Both the position numbers and the translations under genes were made by a program. This document shows, in pieces, positions 14,301 to 23,333 of a stretch of 64,000 nt of DNA (position 1 is the stretch's first letter; each line of letters starts with the position of its first letter). The notes beneath the pieces are model-generated. The model ran no database searches. It worked only from the letters and a program-made list of their open reading frames with translations, and was not told where the DNA came from. This DNA is from Callorhinchus milii. Its lineage: Eukaryota. The stretch spans positions 1-64,000 of the forward strand of contig NW_024704908.1 of the NCBI RefSeq assembly GCF_018977255.1, written 5' to 3'.

Positions 14301-16558
14301 GGCTGTGTTTCTGACGGTGGCTCCGACCAAAGTTCCTCCGCGACTTCAAACCCTCTCGATTCCCGGCAGGTGATACGTTGGGCGAGTTTCCTCGCTCCAC
14401 ACACCTGTTTACGTAGCAGTAAATAGGAACCCGGTTGTTGGTCGATTGGTGGTTTGCTTTTCCAGGGATAATAATACTCTCCACAACTTTTTAAAATAAT
14501 AACAATAATAATTTGGTCATTGAATCCACGCTGTTTGTGGGAATTGGCTCTGCACAATTCGCTGCCGCATTTTGCGCACAAACTGCACAGTCACTACACT
14601 TTACAGTATATCCTGTGAAGCGCTTTGAGACGTGATAAGGCGCTGTGTCAGATGCAAGGCTTATTAATATTAATATCATTATAATTATATGAGCTGATCC
14701 CCTTCTGATTGTGGACAACATGAAGGATCATGTAACCTGGTGCTTGGCTGCTGGGCTCTGGGCTTGAAGTAATAACTGGGAGTGTGAGCCGAGACGCCCC
14801 GAGTAATGCTTCTCCTGTCTCCACAGATAGACAACCAACACCCTCTCCCCTCCCAGTGAGGCCTTCAACCATCGAGGATCAGGGATTCTGTGATGATAAC
14901 CCTGGTCAGTGCACTTTGTGTCAGAGCGATTCTCAACCAGTCGACAGCTCTTTACATTGTCTTTGCTGTGTCACCTGGACTCTGCGACCCCAACCCCCCA
15001 ACCCCACCTCAACCCCACACCAACACCTCATCCAACCGCCCCCCCAATCACCAACCCCCACACCTCACTTCACCCACCTCACCTGACTCCACCCGCCCCC
15101 CTCCCCGTTGAGTCAGTGCGACCTCACCCTCTGGAGGTATAACACTGGGGACAGGAGGAGGCCATTCAGCCCTGGAAGCCTTTTCAGACAGTTTGTTAAA
15201 TTGTGGCAGATCTTTTCATCAGATTCGCCGCCTTTTCTCCACAAACCCCGTTACTTCCCAAATGATTGTCTTACATTTGCGGTGTTGAGTTAAGATGATA
15301 TCCCACCAATGGCGCTCGCATTCCTCTCTCTGATCAGGGCCAGTGCAACGGGAGCCATAGGATTCTCAGGACTGAGCCATTGTGTGTGTGGGGTGAGGGG
15401 GAGGAGGGGATCCTCTCACTTGTTTTCAAATCCCTTCATGCCCTCGCACCTCCCTTCCTCTCCGACCTGCTTACCCCCCTTCCCGTACCAACTGTCTCCG
15501 CTCGACTGGCTCCGTCATCCTGTTTGCCCCTCGAGCCCTCCATTCCACTATTGATGGCCGTGCTTTCAGCCAGTGGGCCCCCAAACTTTGGAACACACTT
15601 CCTCTATTCATCCCCCTTGTCCCTCCTGCCCCATCTTCAGGTCGTGCCTGAAGACCTTCTTCTTTGACCCGTGCCTACGGTCACCTCCCCCCGGCTCAGC
15701 GTTAAGCTCCATCACTGTCGAGCGCTCTGGGACACTGCCCTGCGTAATTGGCGCTGTGTAAATGTGAGTTGTTGTTGTTGTTGTTGTGATTCTCTGACGA
15801 TGGCCTCGGTTTCGTCTCCGACTCCAGCTGTGGGTCACCAATTGAAGAACCAGTGCCTAAAACTGAGATTAAGAAACTCTTTGTTGTTTAGAATGCCATT
15901 TGGTGCCTTTAACTCTCAAGATCACTTACAAGGGAAATCCTCCGACTCCTGAAGAAATTGAGCGATTGGAGGTGTCGCTTTGGGGCCAGGTAAGTCACTG
16001 GACCTGAAGTGTTGCTTCGCACCGTGAAAACATGGGCCCCAGCCCTGACCACACACTGAGCTACAGCTTCCTGTAGCCTTCCTCTTGTCGCTGTTTCCAG
16101 TCTCAGGTGGACGTCAAAGATCCCACGGGACAGTTGGAAAAGAGAAGGGAGTTTCTCCCTGTGTCCTGGCCAGCAATCCTCCAAATAAAATTGCTTGCTC
16201 ACTCCTTGTGGGAACTTGTTATGTGCAAATTGGCTGCCGCGTTCAGCCTAGAAAAAACACACTTTACATTAGTTCCTGTGAAGCCCCTTGAGACGTCCAA
16301 GCAGCACGAAAGACGCGATAGCAATCGCAAGGACGGTTATTACCATCATATTAAATGGGATTGTCCCTTCACAAACCCACCAACTTTCTGTAAGTCACTG
16401 AGGTCTCTCTCTCTGTCCGGCCCGTGCTCCGAGCTGCTCTGATCTCCATGTTAATTGGTTGTTTTATTCAGTTACACGAGAGGCTGAAGAAAGCGTTCCC
16501 CAACTTGACTTTCGGGAGAGTGAAGCCCAAGGAACGCTCTGCTGACAAGAATCCCTGA
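8304..16558 (+). CDS. Secreted C-type lectin: signal peptide, 2 CTLDs, Ser/Thr/Pro stalk and a short C-terminal module (mannose-receptor-like fish lectin class)
   Basis: Exons 8304-8343 ([13 protein letters not shown]), 10312-10689 (CTLD1: [17 protein letters not shown]), 13381-13758 (CTLD2: WIGL, DPND, WND), 14148-14273 and 14827-14904 (mucin-like), 15892-15989 ([33 protein letters not shown]) and 16472-16558 ([28 protein letters not shown]). All are GT-AG with consistent phases. No transmembrane segment. Confidence 0.8.
8385..9875. repeat. CACACAGCACATCTGTCCCC minisatellite followed by (TCAC/ACAC)n low-complexity tract
   Basis: Directly visible tandem units filling the lectin intron. The 9113-10000 part recurs at 11345-12290. 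Confidence 0.9.
10720..11042. repeat. 80-bp tandem repeat x4
   Basis: CCGCCCCCTCCTGCTGTCACTCACTGG...GACCCTCATGCCCAGCT repeated four times. Confidence 0.9.
11280..11343 (+). pseudogene. Truncated third CTLD exon start
   Basis: Acceptor ttttctcttcgcag followed by [21 protein letters not shown], then an abrupt switch into duplicated intron sequence. Confidence 0.75.
12675..13295. repeat. G-rich GGGGAGTGTG minisatellite
   Basis: Directly visible. A shorter version precedes CTLD1 at ~10095-10225. Confidence 0.9.
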
Positions 16559-17379
16559 GGGACGAGGGTACCGGGATAAGGAAAGGCCAGCAATGCCTGG
16601 GCACAGCTTGTGTCCTGTTCTCTCAGCAGTTGCTGCCTTACCCCTGGCTTTAGAGGGTGTTAGGAATGCTTGTGTTTCTGCCTCGTGTTGTTTGAGGCGA
16701 TGGTGATGGGTTAACACTTGAGCTCAGCTTTACCCCAATGTTGTGACAAAGGGAGTTATTTTACCGCTTGCTTATTGTAATCCAATAGTTGTGATTTTAC
16801 GCGTTGTTTTATTGTGCGGCTAAGAAATGAGTAGCGTTATATTTGACTTCCCGAGCGGACACGGGCTTTGCTTCCCGTCATGTGGTTCCTATAATAAGTA
16901 GTTTAGAGATAAACGCTCCTCTGACGTGGAGTTTTGAATGGATTGATTGGCATGAGGGGTGACAGCAATAGATGGAGATTGAAGTATGTTTTTTGTTGTT
17001 TGAGCCGATGGTGATGGGTCAACATTCTCGCGATCAGCTTTACCCCAACGTTGTGACAAAGAGGGGGTTATTTTGCCACTTGTTTATTGCAATCCAATAG
17101 TTGTGGATAATCCGGAGATAAACATGGAAACCGTTCGCGTTGTCACCGTGTGCATTTGTATCACCTCATCTGTAACGTTCCGATTCCCATTAAAGCTTCT
17201 TGAACACAAAGTGCGGAGGGAAAGTCGGGCACGTGTTCTGTGAGCTTTGCTGTCGGGTGGTGGGTGGGTCTCCGCTCCCCGTGTCCGGCCAGAGCCGAGG
17301 CTGGAGAGGGGAATCTGCACTGACCCCTGACCTGGGAGCGTGGACGGACGCACAGTGTAGGGGGAGCTTCACGGTGTCT

Positions 17380-17530
17380 CTGATGTCACGGGCTGCCGAG
17401 CCAAGCGGTGACGTCACGCCACGGCCGAGTGACGTGTCGCGCTGCCTGGTGACGCGAGGGGCGCGGTGACGTCACGCCGCACACCGTCGCTGAGTGAAGC
17501 CGCTTCTCCGCACCGCTGCCTCACGGCGGC
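17380..17530 (+). promoter_or_regulatory. CpG-rich promoter-like element with a CRE cluster
   Basis: Full TGACGTCA at 17409 and 17467, each within a repeated GCGGTGACGTCACGCC, plus TGACG half-sites at 17430 and 17450. Confidence 0.6.
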
Positions 17531-18184
17531 TCCTGTTCACTGTTATTGTCTCCTGTGCAAAAGAGGGAGTGAGAGAGACAGAGACTGAGAGTGAGAGATA
17601 GAGAGAGAGACTGAGCCTGAGAGGGAGAGAGAGAGTCAGAGAGATAGAGAGAGGGAGAAGAGAGAGGGAGACAGAGACTGAGAGGGAGAGGGAGGGAGAG
17701 AGAGGGAGAGGTAGAGGGAGATAGAGAGGGAGAGACAGAGACTGAAAGGGAGAGAGAAGAGAAGAGACGAAGGGAGAGAGAGGGAGAGACTGTGAGGGAG
17801 AGAGAGATAGAGACTGAGAGGGAGAGAGACTCAGGGGGAGAGAGAGGAGAAAGAAAAAAGAGACAAACGTTTCAGAGAGATAGAGGGTGAGAGAAAGTGA
17901 GATAGAGTGAGGGAGAGATATATATATATAGAGAGAGATAAAGCGAAAGAGAAGAGGAACAAAATTAAAAAGAAGAAATGTAGAGAAGAAAAGCCGGTGA
18001 CGTGAGAAAGAGAGAGGGAGAGAGAGAAGAGAGGGATGGATGTTTTGTAAATTTAATAAAATAAAGAAGAAACGGAAAACAAAATAAGCCGATGCTGTGA
18101 GAGAGAGTGACAGAGAGAGTGAGCGAGTGTGACAGAGAGAGTGAGAGAGTGTGACAGAGAGAGTGAGAGAGTGTGACAGAGAGC

Positions 18185-18390
18185 CAGTGGAGTTTGGCGA
18201 GGGTGGGAGTGATGGGGTCGGGCGAGGGAGGGAGTGATGGGGTCGGGCGAGGGAGGGAGTGATGGGGTCGGGCGAGGGAGGGAGTGATGGGGTCGGGCGA
18301 GGGAGGGAGTGATGGGGTCGGGCGAGGGAGGGAGTGATGGGGTCGGGCGAGGGAGGGAGTGATGGGGTCGGGCGAGGGTGGGGGTGATGA
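18185..18390 (-). repeat. Minisatellite expanded from the L2 PITPxLAxLHWL segment
   Basis: GGGAGTGATGGGGTCGGGCGAGGGAG units. The minus strand reads SPDPITPSLARP...PITPTLAKLHWL. Confidence 0.75.
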
Positions 18391-19274
18391 GGTCTGTTCT
18401 CTCTTTCTCTCTCTGTCCTGTTTTTCCTCCCTCTCTCTGGTCTGGCAGTTTGCCATTTGCCTCTCTCGTTTTTTTTCGCCCTCCATTTCTTCCTTGTGTC
18501 CTGGAGGTTTGCGTCTCTCTCCCTGTCCTGGGCTTTTGCCTCTGTCTCTCTCCTCTCCCTCAGGCGTTCTCTCTGTCTCCCAGAGGTTCTCCAGCCTCAG
18601 GCCCTGTCATTAAAGCCTCTCTGCTGTCCCTTTCTCCGCAGGTTTGACTTGCATCGCGATGAGTAGCGCGGGGCGGACCCTCAGGGTCTCGTGGTTGCGT
18701 CCAGCAGCGGCTGTGAGCATGGCCGACGCGAGCTCGGGGTTCTTTCCTCGCATTTTCCTCCCTGAGCTGTGAGCACGGGTCGGGGTCCTGCGGAAGGAAC
18801 GGGCGTCGTGGGTTTTATTGTTTTGTCTGTGACCGATCCGGGTGGCGTCATGGTCGCTGGCGGAGAAGGTGTCGCGGGACCGGGTGGACATTTCACTCGA
18901 AACAGTTGTTCCCTGTTTCTGCGTCAGAAATAAAACACTCAGCGTGGACCCCAGCCCACGTCGTTCCCCTCGTCTCTCCTTTCCACAGTTGCACCTTCAT
19001 GCTCCAGTATAAGTGCTGCATTGTCAGATAACAACAACAACAATAATCCTGGCATTTGACCCGGCGCCTGACCACGTTTTCGAGACGTCTCAAAGCGCTT
19101 CACAGGATTCACTGTAAAGCGTAGCGACTGTGCGCTTTGTGGGTGGAACGCCAAAGAGACGGAGTTGTGAGTTTACGTGGCCACGTTAACGCGCTCACAT
19201 CTGCCTTCACATGGGCACCGCTGTACATCTGTGCGCCACGTGGGAAGGGAAAGCACATGCTGGCTGGTTGCCAG

Positions 19275-19690
19275 CATGAAAGATGGCGTCGGCATGCCTT
19301 CCCCCCACCTTTCTGCCATCTTTGATATTGGCAACGCGACTGATTGAGGCACACGACTGACCGGATGTGCGGTGGATGGCGACCAATCAGATGAGGTGGG
19401 CGGGCGGGGTCTAAAGATGATTGACGCACAAGGGGACCAATGAAATAAGGTGGAGCGTGTGTGCGCGGGGGGGCCGGTGACGATCTAAGGCAGTCGAATG
19501 ATTGTTGGAAGGGGGCGGTGCAGCGGGGATGATTGACGCGCAGAAACACCAATCATAGGACGACAGGGTGCGGTTTGAATGTGACTGACGGGCGGCTGGT
19601 CCAATGGAAGCGCGAGGCACGTGGTGCGGATTAGGCTCCGCCTTTTCCAACTGCCTTTCCTTGTCGTCGGCGCCATTTTGTGTCTGAGGC
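19275..19690 (+). promoter_or_regulatory. RBM4 promoter: CCAAT boxes, GC boxes and YY1 sites
   Basis: CCAAT at 19383, 19437, 19549 and 19601, GGGCGG boxes, AAGATGGCG at ~19280 and CGCCATTTTG at 19671, all directly upstream of the ATG exon. Confidence 0.7.
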
Positions 19691-19858
19691 AGTGATTGAG
19701 GGAAAGAGAGAGAGAGAGAAGAGGAAGGGAAGGAGAGAAAAGGAAAAGAAGCCGGTGACGTGAGAGAGTGTGAGTGTGTGAGAGAGAGAGAGCGAGTGAG
19801 AGAGAGTGAGTGAGAGAGAGAGAAAGGAGGGGGTGAAGGAGAAGAAGAGACAACAAAG

Positions 19859-22618
19859 ATGGTGAAAATCTTTGTGGGGAACCTGCCGAGGCCGACCACA
19901 GGCGACGAGATCCGCTCCCTGTTCGAGAAATACGGCGAAGTGAGTGAGTGCGACCTGATCAAGGTGAGAGAGTGATTGACAGCCGTTACCATGGGGACAG
20001 AGAGTGATTGACAGCCGTTACCATGGGGACAGAGAGTGATTGACAGCCGTTACCATGGGACAGAGAGTGATTGACAGCCGTTACCATGGGGACAGAGAGT
20101 GATTGACCGCCGTTACCATGGGGACAGAGAGTGATTGACAGCCGTTACCATGGGGACAGAGAGTGATTGACCGCCGTTACCATGGGGACAGAGTGATTGA
20201 CCGCCGTTACCATGGGGACATAGAGTGATTGACCGCCGTTACCATGGGGACAGAGAGTGATTGACCGCCGTTACCATGGGGACAGAGAGTGATTGACCGC
20301 CGTTACCATGGGGACAGAGAGTGATTGACCGCCGTTACCATGGGGACAGAGAGTGATTGACCGCCGTTACCATGGGGACAGAGAGTGATTGACAGCTGTT
20401 ACCATGGAGACAGTGAGGGATTGACAGCGCACACCATGCGCACACCATGCGCACACCCCGCCTCCCTGTACATGCACTTGGAACTCAGACAACCGAAGCT
20501 GACGTTCCAGCGCAGTACTGGGGGGAAACAGTGAGAGCACCGCATTGTCGTGGAGGCTGTCCTTTGGATGAGACGTTAAACTTCACTCACACCCTCCCTC
20601 CCCGTCTGTGCCCCGTACAGGACGGCCGTTAAAGATCCCCTGCGGTGCTGTCGGGAAAAGAGAGGGGACTTTTTCTCCCATTGTCCTGGTCGACAATTCT
20701 CCCCCCCAACCCCAGATAAAATCGCTCCCTCCGCAAATATTTGCGGGACGTCCCTGTGCGCAAACTGGTTGCCACTTTACACCCACAAAATACACAGTCA
20801 CTCCACTTTACAGTATAATAATAATCCTTGCATTTGATACAGTGCCTGTCACGTCTTCGAGACGTCTTAAAGTGCTTCACGGGATATCCTGTATAGTGTA
20901 GTGACTATTTTCTTGCCGAAACACCCTGCAATATTAACTGCGAGGATTATTATTATTATTGTTTTCTCCCTGTTTCTGAGCAGAACTATGGCTTTGTCCA
21001 TATGGACAACAAGGAGGCGGCGAAGGAGGCCATTAAGGCTCTGCACCACTACAACCTGCATGGCGTCTCCATCAACGTGGAGGCCAGCAAGAGCCTCAGC
21101 AAATCCTCCACCAAGCTGCACGTGGGCAAAATCAGCTCCTTGTGCACTAGCGAGGAGCTGCGCGCCCGATTCGAGGAGTACGGCTCCGTGCTGGAGTGCG
21201 ACATCGTCAAGGACTACGCCTTCGTGCACATGGAGCGTGGAGAGGACGCCATGGAGGCCATCAAGGGGCTGGATGGCTCTGAGTTCAAAGGTGTGAGGGA
21301 CTATGGGATGGAGTTACAGAGGGTGGGAGCAGAGAGGCTGAAGCCCCGACTGCTGATGGTGGGGTGGGCTGGGTGGGGGCGGAGCCCGGTGAGTGGAGGG
21401 ACCGGACAGGTCGACACACACAGAAATCAGCTGAAGCGTTTAGTGAAAAATCTTGCGAAGACCAGCGGAGCAAGGCGCTGTGTGGAATGTGAGGATTATA
21501 ATAATCGGGCAGCGCCATAGGGATTGTCAGCAGTGCTGTCGTTACCTGTGTTTCTCTCTCCCCCCCTCTGTGGAATCCGGTAGCTCAGTGGTTAGAGCGT
21601 TCGCCTCGCAAGTCAAAGGACCTGGGTTCGATTCCCAGTCAGTTCAGACAAACCGTTGGGCAAGTTTCCTAACTCCACACACAGACATACACACCCACGC
21701 CTCTGTTTATCAGCAGAAAGTAGGAACCCGCTTGTTAGTCAATTGTCGAATCGTTTTCGGGAGTAATAATCCCTTCAAAATAATAATAATAATAGTGTGA
21801 TCACTCAACCCACGACTGTTTGTGGGACGTTGCTGTGCGCAGTTGGCTGCCATGTTTCTCCCATAGTATACATAGTCACTACACTTTACAGTGTATCCTG
21901 TGAAGCGCTCTGAGACGTCGCAACAATGTGATAAGGGGCTATGTCAAATGAAAGTTATTATTATTATTTCTCTCTCTCTATCTGTCTCTCAGGGAAGCGG
22001 ATGCACGTGGAGTTGTCTAAGAGCCGGCTGAGGGTGCAGCCGGGGATGGGAGAGAAGAACACATGTTTCCGGTGCGGGAAGGACGGCCACTGGTCTAAGG
22101 AATGTCCCACTGACCGGCGGGCGGAGGACGTGGGTTACCCCGAGTACCTGGATCCCTACTCGATGGCCCCGCGCTATGGGGTTGTTGATTACTACGAGAA
22201 GTACCGGGCAGGGGCTTACGGAGCCGTGGGCATCCCCTACCCGGACCCCTGGGCCACCCCGCTAGCCTCCTACAGCAGCACCATGAGAGACCGCATGGGC
22301 AAGGCCCTGGACCCCTATGACCGCGATACGTTGGCTCAGACGCAGCCTTACTACAGCCGGGATCGCAGCCCCCTCCGCCGCTCGGCTGCCATGGCCTCCT
22401 ACAGCAGCAGCTACGGCTACGAGACTGGGGCTCCCCTGGCAGCCTCCTACACAGCCTCCTACACGGCCTCGTACAACGCCTCCTACAGTGCAGCCTATAG
22501 CACAGGCTACAACACCTCCTACAGCACAGCCTACAGCACTCCCAGTGTCACCGCAGCTTCAACCTCAACCTCCACCCCCACTGACACCTACGTGGAGACA
22601 CAGTACTCAGCCTACTGA
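19859..22618 (+). CDS. RBM4: RNA-binding protein 4 family (2 RRM + CCHC zinc knuckle + low-complexity tail)
   Basis: Exons 19859-19963 ([14 protein letters not shown]...ECDLIK), 20984-21290 (NYGFVHM...KLHVG...DYAFVHME...EFK) and 21993-22618 ([37 protein letters not shown]). A donor lies 6 nt after the stop. Probable 3' UTR exon from 25886 with AATAAA at 26219. Exact paralog (RBM4/RBM4B) not resolvable. Confidence 0.93.
19966..20430. repeat. ~32-bp minisatellite (GAGAGTGATTGACCGCCGTTACCATGGGGACA) x ~14
   Basis: Starts immediately at the RBM4 first-intron donor. There are no variable spacers. Confidence 0.95.
21572..21968 (+). mobile_element. tRNA-Ala-derived SINE with L2-type tail
   Basis: A box TAGCTCAGTGG, anticodon-like arm CTCGCAA, B box GGTTCGATTCC, a conserved body CAGCAG..AGTAGGAACCC and a (TTA)n tail. 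Confidence 0.8.
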
Positions 22619-22842
22619 CCCCAGGTGAGGGGCGCTCGCTCGTTAGCTCGCTCACTCACTCACTCACTCACTCACTCATTCGCACGCTCACTCGATCACT
22701 GACTCAGTTACTCACTCGCTAGCTCACTGACTCTGCCTCTCGCTCAGTCACTCTCTCGTTCACACACTCGCTCACTCACTCGATCGCACAGTCGTTCGCT
22801 CGTTCACTCACTCGTACACTCGCTCACTCCCTCGCACACTAT

Positions 22843-23333
22843 GATATGGGGTAATTGGAGTTGAGGTACAGATCAGCCATGATCTAATAGAATGGTGGAA
22901 CCGGCTCGAGTGGCTAAATGGTCTCCTCTTGTTCCTATGTTCTGATCTTCAGTGGAGTCCTGTAGTTTTAAGTGGTTAGAGCGCTCGCCTCGCAAGCGAG
23001 AGGACCTGGGGTTCGATTCCCAGGCGGGTCAGGGTGAAATGTTAGGCAATTGTCCTTACTTCACAAACACACGCCTCTGTTTGCCCAGCAGTAAGTAGGA
23101 ACCCAGTTGTTACTCAATTGGCTGATCGTTTTCCGGGGGTAATAAAAAAAATAAGTTGGTCACTCAATCCACAGCTGTTTGTGGGGACATCGCTGGGCGC
23201 AATTGGCTGCTGCGTTTCGTCCACAAAATACATAGTCGCCACATTTTACAGTGTATTCTGTGAAGCGCTTTGAGACGTCTTGAAGACGTGATAAGGCGCT
23301 GTATCAAATGCAAGGATTATTATTAATATTATT
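22843..23333 (+). mobile_element. CR1 3' end (22843-22945) followed by a tRNA-Ala-derived SINE (22954-23333)
   Basis: GATCAGCCATGATCT..GAATGG CR1 3' UTR. The SINE head has a CTCGC-CTCGCAA-GCGAG arm and GGTTCGATTCC. Confidence 0.75.

Noticed and set aside
19966-20430. CRISPR-like ~32-bp repeats
   Set aside because: Head-to-tail with no unique spacers, in a vertebrate intron, and no cas genes.
21572-21645. tRNA-Ala(CGC) genes (also ~22954, ~56270, ~58300, ~61430)
   Set aside because: Acceptor stems do not pair and each continues into a SINE body or tail, so they are SINE heads.
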